This document shows positions 39,294-52,949 of a DNA stretch of 64,000 nucleotides, piece after piece; position 1 is the first letter of the stretch, and each line of letters begins with the position of its first letter. The position numbers were made by a program, and so were the translations under genes. Source of the stretch: Podarcis melisellensis (Eukaryota); assembly GCA_964234715.1 (NCBI GenBank), contig OZ174281.1; one strand, given 5' to 3'. The notes below the pieces were generated by a model, which was not told the origin of the DNA, did not search any database, and saw only the letters and a list, made by a program, of their open reading frames with translations.

Positions 39294-42200
39294 TATGAGG
39301 TTTACAACACGTTTTCCCGAAACATTTTTTTGATGTGTCTAGATCCAGTCCGGTACTGCTAGATTGTTACTCCAGTGCTGACGGTCAAATAATGACTTAT
39401 GCAAATATAAAGACGGTGCTACTGGGCTGGTTTAGGCAGCAATCCTAAACATGCATTATGAAATCAGTTCCATGGAACTTAGCAGGACTTCATTCCAAAC
39501 AAACTTGTTTAAGACTGGATTGTTAGTTTCAGAACTCAATAATCATCCACTTAAATGCCCAGTAGACACACACAGCAACAGCAACACGAGAAACATTTCA
39601 CTGTAGAAAACAATATGTGAGATTATTTTTAGTGCCATTTAAGTCTCTGCAATAAACGCGCTTTAAAGCTCTTACCAACATTATGTCCCCTAATCTTCAG
39701 GGCCAAGGATACCACTTTTCATTATCAATGAGCCTGACAAGCATTCATCTGAACAACTCTCACTTGAGCCCTCTGGTGCTCAATTGATTTCACAGTGAGT
39801 TAAGAGCTTGCAGCACCTGACATTCCATAACAAGATCTATAGAATTCGCTCAAGGCCACAGGCAGAACTGTCGAAGTTCTCCATCATGCTGTCTTCAAAA
39901 TTTTCATAGGCAAGTGATCATATCCATAGGAATACAGTCATAAATATTTTATTGGTTACTATTAAACCATGGACACCAGAGCAAGCAGAACAAGTATGTT
40001 GACATACATGGTGGCCTTTTGTAATTGTAAGTAAGCCTATGCAAAGCTATCCAAACTGCTCCCAGATTAGAATACTAGTTGATGTAGTTTCTTGTGCTGA
40101 ACTTAACTGAACAAAAGCTATCTATCTCACAGTCAAATTAAGTAGGACATCAGTGATGCATTAATACAATTCCAATGTCTCTTTGCTCTCTCAGTCTTTT
40201 TGCTAATTGTAGCCACTGGGCATTCAAAGTTGGGTCAGATTGTGTCAGGAGGGCGGAAGGCCCTTAACGGCTACTTTCAGCCAAAGGGAGAGAAAGAGAC
40301 AGATGCCTTCACACATCTAACACCATGTTGAGTTTGGCTCCCAGCTATGTAGTTTTGCTCACAAATATCTTATCAGAACACTCTTGTGGTATTTCAGCCC
40401 CAGGAACTTGACTTTCTGAAGTATCAAGGAGTCAGGGATTATTAAAGTGAACACCAGGTTAACTGACTGATATAATAACATGAAAAGGCCCTGCTCCATT
40501 TGCTTTTGTCCAGAGACAGTTCTGTAAATCAAAAGAGGCAACCTGTTTCAAAGTTAGCCTTTACTCTGCATTTCTATTCCCAGTCCAACCATTGCTCCAA
40601 GGCCCAGATCCTAGCTGCAAGTGATCATGCACTGAGGCACACATTCACATGGAAAAATGTTAAGTGGGACTCAGCTGCATACACAGCAATTTCTGTTATT
40701 AGTCTAGAAGTTATGGTTCCTGAATATATGCTTGCATGGAGAAGATAAAGCACTGCCTGCTTTTGTGAATCAGCTCTATGGTATAATTAAAGCACTGTCC
40801 CAAATCACCCTTTCTTTTTCCTTTCTTTTTCTTTGCCCATAGCTGCATGCAAAATGTCCTAGGTTAAAATTGTGGCTACTCCAATTAAAAGTATCATGGG
40901 GGGCTGAGAAAGATTTATTCCCAAAACTTTGGAGAGCTATTGCCAAAGCAGACAGTTCTAGATGGACAAACAGTCTGGCTAAGTATAAAGCATCTGTTTA
41001 AGATGACATTTATGCACCACTATATTAATCCAAGCACCATTCCAGAGTGTGTTTCCTGTGTTTTAAAATGCTAAAGGAAAAAGGCCGAGAATCTTTAGAA
41101 AGGTTCTTCAAAACATGGGGGAACAGCCATCACCGATTCCTTCTTAGCAACCATCAGTGCATCCTGAAATTATTCTGCATCTGGCAGAGACTATTGTAAT
41201 TAAGTATTCCTACCATCCTCTGTAATCCACCTTAACACTACTACACGCAACAGTCTCCCAACAAACATCATGCCCAGGCAGGACAAGTGCAAGACATTCC
41301 ACCATCTCAAGATGGGATGGTGTTGCCACCACCTTATCCTCATTTTCCTCGCTGCCACCTCTTCCATCTTCCTTCTCTTCCTCCAGCGCTGCTACCACTC
41401 CCCCATGCTGCCAGCAAAGTGGCAGCAGTGCAGACATTCCATGTCTTGCACAAAGGGGTCATTCCACAGAGAGAAGCATTGCCTAGAGGGCTCATATGCC
41501 TCTGATGCTTAACCACAATGGTTAATTGGCAAATTTTCTATCTAAAGTTACATGAAACCTTTAAAAGTATCTTGACTATTCTGTGTTACTTAATAACATA
41601 AAGGTAATTCACAGTTTCTTTACTGTGAAGTAGAAAAGACACACTGAGACTTTTAAAAGGACCTAGCTACACTTGCGGCCAGCATTAAAAAGGTTATTTT
41701 ATAAAAGCAACTGTAGCTATGATCAGATCTCTAACAGCAAGACTCCGAGTATGATCAGTAGGAAGAATTGGAGGACAGAGTGATATATGTTGCTACCCTC
41801 AACACTGAACCTGCCCTGATTTAGACCATTTATTCATGGCTGAGATCAGACACCATCACTTTGCAGATGGGAAGTCTGGAATCTTACTTGTTGATTTTAC
41901 TAGCTCTAACTTGTGACTTAGTTACAGGGGACAGAAGCTCACTGGAGTAAGAAAGCCAGTATGTAAAAAGTATCCCTATTCCAAAAAGGATAGAGTTGTT
42001 ACTTTTTTAAAAACAACAGCAATAACACCAAACAAGCCAGGGATCTGTTCTGTGTAGAAATGCAGTAAGGAATTGTATTTTGTAGCGATGTTCAACAGAT
42101 GATCAGCAATGCCAGGCACAAAGAAGGGTTGCTTTCTAATAGGTCAGTTGAAAGGGAAATGGATTAACGGCTCCATCCAACTGAGTGTGATTCATTTCAA

Positions 42201-43270
42201 GGAACAAAAGCAGTGCCAGTAACCAGTAGCTCTTTTCAAGTAGAAGAAAACAATATCTATGCCCCCATTCAGGAAGATATGTCTGGCTGCCAAGAAATCA
42301 TCAGTGTTTTAGGTCCTATCACTTTGCAACCTTATCAAAGTATTCTGTTTCCTTTTCCATCACATTTGTTTGCCAGCTGAAGCCCAGAACAAACTCCGCA
42401 TAAAACAACCTCTGCAAAAATGCAGGCTTATTAGAAACCTCTAATGTGTAATCTTTTTGACAATTACATCTTATGCAACAAAAGTTAATAGTTTCAGAAA
42501 ACTTCACTTAGATAAGGATATCTGGTTTAAATATACACCTGTAATTAAACCTTATACAGTTACTCAATTATTATAAACATTAGTTATTGAAACGTTGAAA
42601 TAAAAGTACAAATAGCACATAATAGTTATCACAAACAACTTATCCGGTTATCAGAAGAGGACAAATGTCACTATGCTATTTAAATAAACTCACACACAAT
42701 GCTGTAAATGACACAAAATGACTATAAATATTATTACTAAATTTCAGTAGAATGTTGCAGAGTAAATTTTTTTTGTAAATCTACACCACAGTATGCAATA
42801 CTGAGCACATAGAACGGTTTCAACCTACAGTCAAACACCTTAGCGGTAAAGTTTATTTTAGTGTGCTTACAAAATTGAAAAGCAGTGCAAAAAAATTTCA
42901 AATACTGTAACTGCAAACTGAACTTCAGCTATGTGTATCTAGGTTCTGCAGTTTCTGCTCTCTGCTACAAAAGTCAGACCACACTCATTTCTTCTTCAAC
43001 CCAAATTCTATAGGAGACAACAGCTGCCAGCTGGACTGCAGAGCAATCAACCACGAGGTGACAATCTAACAACAGGAGATGTCTCCTGGTTAGCAGCCGT
43101 ATCCGTACCTGGGATTACAAGCACTGATAGCAGTATTTGACATATGCATAGCTAGTGGCTCTGCACTGAGGAACTCAGAGGAGGTCAAGGCAGCACTGAT
43201 CATGTGTCATGAAAGGACAGGAGGGCATTAGAAATTTAAGGATTTCATTTGATAAGGGTTTGCCATTCTG

Positions 43271-43419
43271 TGGCTGCATACACACAATACAAAGCACCCA
43301 CCCACACCAAGTCATGGGAATTGTGGGTGCTGGGAACTGTAGCTCTGTGAGAGGTAAATTACAGCCTTTTTGGAGGGGAGGTGCAGATGTGCTTTAAATG
43401 TATGGTGTGTATACAGCCA
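43271..43419. mobile_element. Small MITE (related copy at ~46265-46465)
   Basis: Inverted termini TGGCTGCATACACAC / GTGTGTATACAGCCA. Shares CTTTAAATGTATGGTG and CTCACAGAGCT motifs with the 46.3-kb copy. Confidence 0.7.
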
Positions 43420-44971
43420 TGTGCTCAATGTTGCAATGCTATGCACACATCCCTATGAGAAAGATCCACTGAATAAAGGGCAATGCCTTGTCTTCTTTTC
43501 AGCAACCTTACTATTCACCCAGGCCTTTTAAAATTTAAGTTTTGCAATTTCTCTGTTTGGCCTGCAAAGTTACCAGATGTGACACTGTTCCGTCCTCCAG
43601 ACTCCAGTGCCTTACAGTCCCAGATAACATAACTGATCTCTCTGCTAGCCACATTTTCTCTAGCTAAATATATTGTACCGGTAATTTTAGAGAGCCTAGT
43701 TCTGCCTAATTTTTGAATTTTAGTACTGTATACTCAATCCTTGATGTGATGGGTCTCTGAACATTTACCTCGCTCCCATAGATATTGTATAACATTCGTA
43801 ACCTAAACGGAAATCTAAATTTGAAGCAAATCGCAAGCAAGACAAAAATTATAATTAGCTGTGCAATTTCTTATTTACCTAGGACAAATCAGAACTGTGC
43901 CAACGCAAGGATTCAAGATTCAGCTGCATTGGTGTTGCTCTTTTTGCTCATCTTCCCATAGCTTCAGTTTCCTTTATCACTGTTACAACCAACAAAATGT
44001 AGTCCACCTCCATAACAAACAGCTTTGTATAAACTCTCTTCTAGTCCATGCTTTATATGGAAAATGCCCTAAAGCCCAGAGTAAGAAAGACATGTGTTCT
44101 AATACTGACTCAAAAAGAGCAGCAATCATTGCAGAACCCATACAGGAAGTAGCAGCAACAGAGGAGGAGCTGTAGTGAGAAAAGTTGCTGATAGACAGAA
44201 AGGGAGAACCAGTCCAGAGAAGTGATTTTTCAAGACAGTTGATGACCTTTTGCTACAAGGCACAAACTCCATTTAAATGCAGTCACACTTAACATAAATA
44301 GGTTAAGATGTATCTTGGATGCTCTGAAACCATTGCATAGCGTAGGACAGCTTTTGCCAAAAGGGTACCCTCTTAATGTTTTGGACTACAACTCCCATCA
44401 GCCCCAACCAGCATGTGCTGGTGTAGGACATCAGAAAATCAAAAGGTATTACAGTAGACGGCACTATGACACCAGTTAGGATCAAAGGACTCTAAGCTAC
44501 AGCAAGCATGCAATTAGATGCAGGGCAGCCCCTATGACTTCCACATGAAAAGGATGGTATTAATACTTTCTTACATGGGATGCACAAGAAAATAATGGCA
44601 TTCACTGCTAGACTCAGTTTTGCAGTGTTTCTAAATCCTAGAGAGTCCATTACATTCTGCAAAGATGGATATAAAAAACCAGCTCCATTGCTTACCTTGC
44701 ATTATTCAGCATAAGAGGCATTTAAAGAGCTATTCCCTACAGTGAAGATTTTGAAGTGCCTTGGCATGGGAACCACAAAGTCAGGCAATAAGCAAACCAG
44801 AGCACAATTATAAGGATGAATACAGTGCTTTAAAGTTTTCTTTAAAATACAGCAAGCTACCCAGAGAAGCACTCTGGTGGAGTGACAAACAGGTTTTGTT
44901 TATCAGTTTAAAGGGTATGGAGAAAGAGTAGCCCACACTACACAACCATTGTACAGAAGTTGTTTCTGATA

Positions 44972-45196
44972 CAGTGGTACCTCGGGTTAAGTACTTAATT
45001 CATTCCAGAGGTCCATACTTAACCTGAAACTGTTCATAACCTGAAGCACCACTTTAGCTAATGGGGCCTCCCACTGCTGCTGCACCGCCGGAGCACGATT
45101 TCTGTTCTCATCCTGAAGCAAAGTTCTTAAACTGAAGCAATATTTATGGGTTAGCAGAGTCTGTAACCTGAAGCGTATGTAACCCGAGTACCACTG
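44972..45196. mobile_element. Tc1/mariner-type MITE, family A, copy 3
   Basis: TA|CAGTGGTACCTCGGGTTA...TAACCCGAGTACCACTG|TA. Confidence 0.92.
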
Positions 45197-46736
45197 TAAT
45201 TTATGATCTACATGTGACCTGGTGCACACCAACACATTTACTCAGAAGTAAGACCCATTGAGTTCAATAGGGATCACTCCTAGCCCAGCTAAGTGGTGTT
45301 TATCTGGGAGTACTGCAGCCTGAGTCTGGATCCAACCTATTGCTTTTCATTATTTCAAAACTGTATTTAAAAAAATCATGAGAAGTCTGATCAGAAGGTT
45401 ATTTCTAAAGCAAGGCTAGTTTCCTTTAAAAAGAAAAGAAAAAAGCCCAGTGATTTTTCACACTTTCTTGTTTTGCCCACATCTCTGTCATAGCCAAGGT
45501 TGTTTTATATCTCATTAATTCCTATCCAGAATGGGGAAGTAATTCTGACTTTTCATCAGTTATGTCATCACTGAGAATAGAATACGATCTGTAGGCCTTC
45601 TGGAGTGGAATCCGCATATGAGCTATCTGGTGGTCTTCCAACATCTAGCCACGTCCCTAACATTTTACAGTTGTCTCATATGCTTTCACAGGCTATGCAT
45701 TTCCTAATGAGAACTGCACAAGCAACAGCCCACCAACTACTACCTTAACCACTTCCTTTGTTTAAGCCTGATGACAGGGCTTTCCTTCCTGAAGTGAATT
45801 AGCAAGCAAGGACTTTATTCTGAAGCCCCTCATTTACTAACACAAACACTTTCCCTTTTTGATATCTTTATCTAGCTTTGGAAGAAAGTAAGAGACAGTT
45901 TGAAAGTATTCTTTAGACTGCAACCTTTTAACAACTACTTTGGAGTAAGCTCTATTAAACACAGAGGAATGAACTTAGAAGTAAAATTGATAGGTCATTA
46001 CTGCTAGATAAATCAATATCCATATTTTCAGCATCACAAACTAAGTACTTCTTGCCTGAATTTTTAACTAGACTTTAACTAGTAGCCTTGGGAGTCAAGC
46101 TGGATGACATTAGGAGTTGGTTGGAAGAGAGAAAAGAAAGAAGAAAACAGTTTAGGAGAGACAGGGAAGGAAGTAACTATACTTGCAGTTCTGCTTACCT
46201 GGGAGTAAGCCCCACTGGATTAAATGTAACTTAAGCCATGGATAAGGACCACACTGTAACTAACAGCACCATGCATTTAAAGGTTATTTAATGCACTATA
46301 GAACACATGACTCCCTCACAGAATCCTAGGAAGCGTAGTTTCCCCCTCACAGAGCTTCAATTACCAGCACTCTTAAACTACACTTCCCAGGATTCTTTGG
46401 GGGCTGGAGTCATGTGCTTTGAATATGTGTTGAATAAGCTTTAAATGTATGGTGCAGATCTGCCCCACCTGGGGTATTCAGAAAGAAGGGAATAGAGCTG
46501 TCTCCTGCTTTCTTTTTATCCCTCTGCAATTTTATAGAAAAAAGCTTTGGTTTAGCTAGTTTTAAAAATTGTACTCCTGGGAAATACCATTGATTATAAA
46601 TAGCTACTACTCAACGTTTGTTTGTTTGGCACTATGATTCATAATTTATTTGAACAGATTTAATGACTCATGCACCATAGCATGCAGTATAAGGAAAATG
46701 TGGTTTAAAATCCATCTAACGAAGTTTAATGTTGTA

Positions 46737-46978
46737 CAGTGGTACCTCGGGTTACAGACGCTTCAGGTTACATACGCTTCAGGTTACACACTCCTCTAAC
46801 CCAGAAATATTGCTTCAGGTTAAGAACTTTGCTTCAGGATGAGAACAGAAATTGTGCTCCGGCAGCGCAGCAGCAGCAGGAGGCCCCATTAGCTAAAGTG
46901 GTGCTTCAGGTTAAGAACAGTTTCAGGTTAAGAACAGACCTCCAGAACAAATTAAGTACTTAACCCGAGGTACCACTG
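46737..46978. mobile_element. Tc1/mariner-type MITE, family A, copy 4 (opposite orientation to copy 3)
   Basis: Perfect 18-bp terminal inverted repeat CAGTGGTACCTCGGGTTA with TA flanks. Confidence 0.92.
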
Positions 46979-47320
46979 TACTTCAATACTTGTTAATTTC
47001 AAGATGTTGTAAAGTAGTTCTTGTCTTGACCATTTTAGTGAGGATCCCATAGGGAACTTGAGATGATGTGTGGGAAAGTAATGGAATGTGTATTATTAAA
47101 AATTTCCCTAGGTCTAGCTGCATACAGAAAGTAATAGCAAGCATGTCCTGTTCTCCTTTCCCAAGCCATTAACTTCCTTCCTTAAGCATTTCATTTGCTG
47201 GGTGGCCTTAGCTTTGCTCTGTCATACCAGATTGTGAAACTAAGTATTAAACTTACATGTAAAAGAAGGAATCTTTTTCTGATGTTAATCTAATAAAAAG
47301 AAAGAGATCAGCTACAAGTT

Positions 47321-47464
47321 GGAGTAGTTCAGTATGTAGAGCGTGAGGCTCTTAATCTTAGGGTCGTGGGTTCGAGCCCCATGTTGGGCAAAAGATTTCT
47401 GCACTGCAGAGGGTTGGACTAGATGATCCTTGGGGTCCCTTCCAACTCTACTATTCTATGATTC
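47321..47464 (+). mobile_element. SINE with tRNA-Lys(CTT)-derived head and CR1-derived tail
   Basis: TAGTTCAGTATGTAGAGCGTGAGGCTCTTAATCTTAGGGTCGTGGGTTCGAGCCCCATGTTGGGC aligns to tRNA-Lys(CTT). It is followed by the CR1 3' end GGGTTGGACTAGATGATCCTT...GGTCCCTTCCAACTCTA...ATTCTATGATTC. CAAGTT is duplicated at 47315-47320 and 47465-47470. Confidence 0.88.
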
Positions 47465-50400
47465 CAAGTTACAAAGCTGTTACAACTCTGAGAATAAGTG
47501 CCATTATAACTGCAAGAAAGGTTACTCTAAAATTAAATGCAACTTCACAGTTTGATAGAAGACCTATATGATATGAGGTGAATCATATTTCTATCAACTT
47601 TGATAAAGATGAAATTAACTGAAAATAGTTGTTTATATTTTAACAATTATCATTTAATATCTCATTTACTGAAGTCTAGGGCAAAAGTCTAGGGCTGTAG
47701 TAAGTTGCACTACAGACAAGCTTTATTTGCTTAGATAGATTAAAAGGTAAAAACTTCATTATTTTAATTAGGGAGGCATTAATGAAATCCAGATGCCCCA
47801 GATTCTCTCCCACATCCATTTTAGTCATTATGGTCCCCATGTTGTTTAGGGGGCATCCCCCTGCAATTCAAACACTGCAAAATTTCCTACAAAAGCACAC
47901 TGTCACATTGGCAGAAATCCTGTTTACTGTTATCCACAGTTAACTGCAAAGTCCTGCAATTCCATTCTGCTATGGCAACAGCTTTGGGTTCACTGTAGAA
48001 GATCTCAGTCTAGTTCCTGTACTATTGGAGTCAAACACCACCTTGAGATGCAAATGGTAGTAGTACTGTCCTGCTCTGGTACTTTGGGTATGCCATACAA
48101 ATGTATTATTTGGCACAGGACAGCGCCCCTGGTGGAACAGTGATTCTAAAAATAATATTTCCATTGTAATTAAAATGGATGCACAAGTTGTTTCAAATGC
48201 TGATAAGAGAGTGGGGGAAATGGTTGGAAGGTCAGAAAGGTCTTTAGAGTGAGAATGGCCAGGTGCAAATCAGGCTTGCAGGATAGTTTCAGGCGTTCTG
48301 CAAGGCCCATTTGTCAAACTCATATCTGTTCCTTCTCAAATTAAATAACTGAGCAAAGGAAAGTTCATTTCCAAAGTGCCCTGTATCTGTAGTGGCTAAG
48401 GGTATTTTTCAAAGAGAGAGAAATACAACTTGAAAGTGAAACATGTCCTGTGGTATGTTTTGACAACATCTCCCCTGATCCAAATTTATGTATTCAGATG
48501 TAGTGTGTGAAACACCTCAGGTTTCTCTTACGGCTGGGCTGCTTTTGGAAGATATTTTCTGAAAGAGGAAACAGGGATCCAAACTGACTCCTTACACTGA
48601 AAGAGATGCTACCACATTTACATGTTATCAAGTGAGAACTGCGCCAACCACCAAAGCTCAAAGTCCCCTGCAGTGTTCACCTTTTAATGGTGCTGAATTC
48701 TCAAAGAGGCATATTTCACAGAATATTTTATTTCAGGGCTATATCCACAAATGGATTTACTAGGATAGTCCCCCTCTCCTAAACTCCAACCCTAATCACG
48801 CACAGTGCAACTGATTCTCCTTACCTTTTCAACCTTCAGAATCCTATTTCACAGTAGTTTACCAATATTATGTGGCCTTTCCATTGCAATAGGTCAACCT
48901 CCAAGCATTATGCAGTCAGTAGGTCCTTGTGGCTAATCTGCTGTGAGTGCTATTCAGAATAAAGGTGGCTTTCAGCCTTAGAATTTGTTTGTGCCTTTGA
49001 ATTTTAAGTCAGTTTGTAATCCATGCGGAAATTGAAGAACAACAACTAAAGGAGAGACAATGGCAGCAGAATAAAATCCCCTGCCAAAATTCTTCTGGCC
49101 AGTTCCTTTACCACTGTCTCTTTCAAGAACAATGCAATATTGTGCATGTCTACTGACCAGCAAGTCCCCACTCCCACCAGAGCCTTGAGTCCCGATAGTG
49201 TCCCCTAGTTTTTAAGACTTAGCTGTCATTCCTAGTTAAACACCACCTATATTACAGCACCTCTCTTAACCTGTTTTGCTGATGTATTGTTAAGGGCTCC
49301 AAAAGTAAAGTAATTTGTACAGTCATTCATACATAATTTATTCTGCAGCATTTTCCCCATGCTTGGGTATACTGGGTGGAGCACCAGCTCTGCCCTTACT
49401 CTGAAGCCACAAACTGAGTTGTTTATATCTCTTGACATATTTAATCATAGAACAGGATGATTAAAAGAGCATGGAAAGTTAGCTTAAGTTACAAAAACAT
49501 TAAGGGTTGAAAGAACAATCAACAATGCAAAAATGTTAGCCAGCTTCTGTCCTAGATGCCATATGAAGCAAAATCAGTAGTGAGGACCGTAATTCACAAA
49601 CTTTAGGTGTGTATTTTAGGAGTAAATAACACAGGAATCCTATACTAAACGATTTCCCATAATTTCTGTTGTCCATTCATTTCTCCCCTTAATTTTGCAC
49701 ATTAGTTTAAGTTCATGGTCCTTACCTCTAAAGTTGTCTGCCCGTGTCCCCAAATACTCTTCCATGATTTCCCCTTTCTCCCATTTCTATTCTCTTGTTC
49801 AGCACATCTACTATTATTAGTATTCTATGTCTACAGAGTACCATCAGGGTGCCCAGAGTTGTACAGAACTTAGAAGTAACCAAGTCCTTGCTTACCAGAT
49901 GTGCTTGACGACACAAGGCTAGCACTGGTTTCCACTGCAGATGTGTTTTCTTTTGTTCTGCCCCACAAGATAGACTAATGATCCTGGGTACTGTACTTTG
50001 CTAACGTGGCTGGGAATTGTAGGGGCAAGGCATGTCTTTTAAATGTGTGTTGGACATGTTCTAATAGTGTGGATTTGCCTTCCATCCCTCCCTCTAAGTC
50101 GTTCCTCAAAGCTTATTTGGACTTTGCCCAAATTTATTCATTCTGTGCTCACTGTCTGCTACCATCTAACTCCCTTAACTTTACTATAAAGCACAGATCC
50201 TTTTCTCTGAAATTGTGTTCATCTCATTTAGCGTAAAAAACCCACAGCTCAAGTGACCCCGTCAGTTCTGCGTGCTGTACAATGTCCAGCACACATTGTT
50301 GGTGGGTTACTAATAATAATCTAACCTTGAATAACACAAGCAACAGACTGGTGGCTGATTGCCCAAAAAACTATTTTTAAACCCAGACTTCAGTCTTACT

Positions 50401-51653
50401 CATATTTAAAAGCGAAGTACTTATGCAGCTAGCAGATAAGAGCTGCCCACTATATGAGCAAATTAACTCCTGACATAAGCCCATGAAGTGGAGCAAGTTC
50501 AAAGCAGGATCCCCATAATTCTGAATCATACTCAGTGTTGGGTGTAGCCTGTGAGTATTTTGTTGCCTACTTCTGCTGCAAACTATTTGGCTTTCCACTG
50601 TGATAACAGCTCAGTCCCTAACATCATGCAACCCTATTTAGAGGAAGGTCCTAGAAGAGGATGGATTCTAAAAACATTGTATTTTGAGGGGGGAAGGGGT
50701 CAGGATAAAAATTTCAGTGACTGCTTTTCCACCCTGCTTATATTATTCTTTCAGTAGACCTCCAGTGACCTCCCCCCATATGACTCAGTAGGATTAAACA
50801 CTGTCACAAATCATAGGCTTCAACAAGGGGTCAACAAATCGTCATGTCTGAATCCTGTCCTAAAGTATTCCCTTGGAACAATAAAATGTAGATTCCAGGC
50901 TTGCTGTTGACAGAAGAAGCATAAGGGCAGATACTCTTCTCCTTTGACAGGCCCACTGCGAGTTGCCTTCTGACACATCATGTACAAGGCACATTAGAGT
51001 GGCTGGCATAATTCTTGTTCACCAAAGAATTGCTGCTTCTCAAGGTGCAGACATATATTCTAAGATTGCAGTCATGTGCTCACTTCTCTGGGAGAGAGCC
51101 CCACTGAACTAAGTTGGACGTACTTATGAGTAGGTGTGTATAGGATTGCACTACTAATAGGGTGGAGGTGGTTTGAATGCACAATTATCCGCCTCAAAAA
51201 CATGCCTCATAACGCAGTGATTGTGGTGGCAAATGCACTTCCACCACACCCCAAGCACTCCCTACCACATCAGCTCCTTGTCAGTTTCACTCAAGAGTTT
51301 ACAGTGTTTGACAATGAATACCTAAGTGCTGATTGCTTTAACAATGTTCCATATTTCTCAAGTCCTAATTGATATGGTGAGGCACAATGCAAACAAAAGG
51401 AGCGGTGGCTATGAAAGACATACAGGCACCTGCACAGAAATGGGTCCAGACTATATAGCATTTGATCACCTGCAATCTGACTTGCATACTCTTCATTTTG
51501 AAATAAGGCTTGGCCTAATTTGCAAAGCTATTCATAAATAGACTTTTAAAAGAGAATATATAGACATATAAATATTTTATGCAAAGAATATGTAAAGTAT
51601 GAGAAATGTCTTGTTAAATAGAAATGTCTTGGCCTTTTATCTCTAAAGCTATA

Positions 51654-51872
51654 CAGTGGTAACTCGGGTTAAGAACTTAATTTGTTCCGGAGGTCCATTC
51701 TTAACCTGAAATGGTTCTTAACCTGAGGAATCCGCTTTAGCTAATGGGGCCTCCTGCTGCCACCACAGCATGATTTCTGTTCTCATCCTGAAGCAAAATT
51801 CCTAACCCAAGGTACTATTTCTGGGTTAGAGGAGTCTGTAACCTGAAGCGTCTGTAACCTGAGGTACCACTG
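51654..51872. mobile_element. Tc1/mariner-type MITE, family A, copy 5
   Basis: TA|CAGTGGTAACTCGGGTTA...TAACCTGAGGTACCACTG|TA. Confidence 0.9.
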
Positions 51873-52183
51873 TACATCCTTTGCACCCAAAAGGAAGCTG
51901 TCCCAAAAGGAAGCTGTCTCAAACTTGCATGGATGTAGCTCAATAATATCTTATCCCCTCAAAATGGGTACTTGTTCCCATTAGAAAGTAACGTTTGCCA
52001 AACTTTTGAATGAGCCATGCTTTTAACAAACTGGATATTTATTTGAGCATAAGAAATTTGACCACCATCTAATTCCTCTTTAGAATAGGTGGTGTTAAAA
52101 GACGCCCTGAGTCTTTTAAACTAGTGAGCATGCATCTTAGTGCAACAGAATGTGCTTGTACCAAAATAAGCAGATCTGCCACA

Positions 52184-52621
52184 CAGGGGCGTACCTAGGC
52201 TTCCTTGTGCCCCTGGCAATGAGCTGTATTGGCACCCTTCCATCCCTTGCGCCCAGTGGCGTAGCGTGGGGGGTGCAGGGGGGGGGGCGGCCGCACCGGG
52301 CGCAACATCTGGGGGTTAGGGGGCACAAATCCACGGGTTAGGGGGCGCAAATCCACGGGTTAAGGGGCACAAATCCATGAGTTAGGGGGCGCAAATCCAT
52401 GAGTTGGGGGCACAAATTACTTGCCTTGCCCCGGGTGCTGACAACCCACGCTACGCCACTGCTTGCGCCCTTGCCAGAGGAACCTGTGCACTTTGCCCGG
52501 CTGCCCAGAGCAGCAGAGGAGCAACCCAGGAAGTGTGTGGGTGGGCAAACAGGCTTCTAGCCATTCTGAGCCACAGGCCCTTGGAATAAGCTGCCCTAAC
52601 CAACCCCTAGATATGCCTCTG
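52184..52621. mobile_element. Older hAT-type MITE hosting a younger one
   Basis: CAGGGGCGTACCTAGG / CCTAGATATGCCTCTG termini; 8-bp flanks CTGCCACA and CTCCCACA match at 7 of 8 positions. Confidence 0.75.
52254..52461. mobile_element. Young hAT-type MITE with internal 22-bp minisatellite
   Basis: Perfect 17-bp terminal inverted repeat CAGTGGCGTAGCGTGGG and perfect 8-bp TSD CTTGCGCC (52246-52253 and 52462-52469). About 5 units of GGGTTAGGGGGCGCAAATCCAC inside. Confidence 0.92.
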
Positions 52622-52949
52622 CTCCCACATACTGTTGGGATTTAAGGGTATATTATCCCTCTCAACACTGCAATGTAAGTAACGCTTACCACTGTTTGGC
52701 ACAATCAGTAGATGTGCCTGTGTAGGAAACAGAACTGCGAAGTTAATAATTTATCCAAGTTAAGTTCTTCTGCAGAATCTTACATGAAGTTTTGCTGTAG
52801 TTTGAGCCTTTATATGACTGCTATTCTCAATAAAGATCAAGTAGCGAATTCTCCTAGTGTCTCTCAGGGTCCATAGAAAAAGCAGCTCTAGTTAACTACT
52901 ACTCAACTACTGCAAAAAGATTTCTAGTTTACATAATCGAAACAAAAAA

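Noticed and set aside
41210-41512. Acidic or low-complexity ORFs
   Set aside because: Pyrimidine-rich low-complexity DNA with no splice context or recognisable homology.
44987-46963. Two similar ORFs (…LRTLLQDENRN…APLAKVVLQV…) resembling paralogous genes
   Set aside because: Both are translations of copies of the same non-coding MITE.
47321-47391. tRNA-Lys gene
   Set aside because: The acceptor stem is broken, and it is fused to a CR1 tail with a TSD, so it is a SINE.
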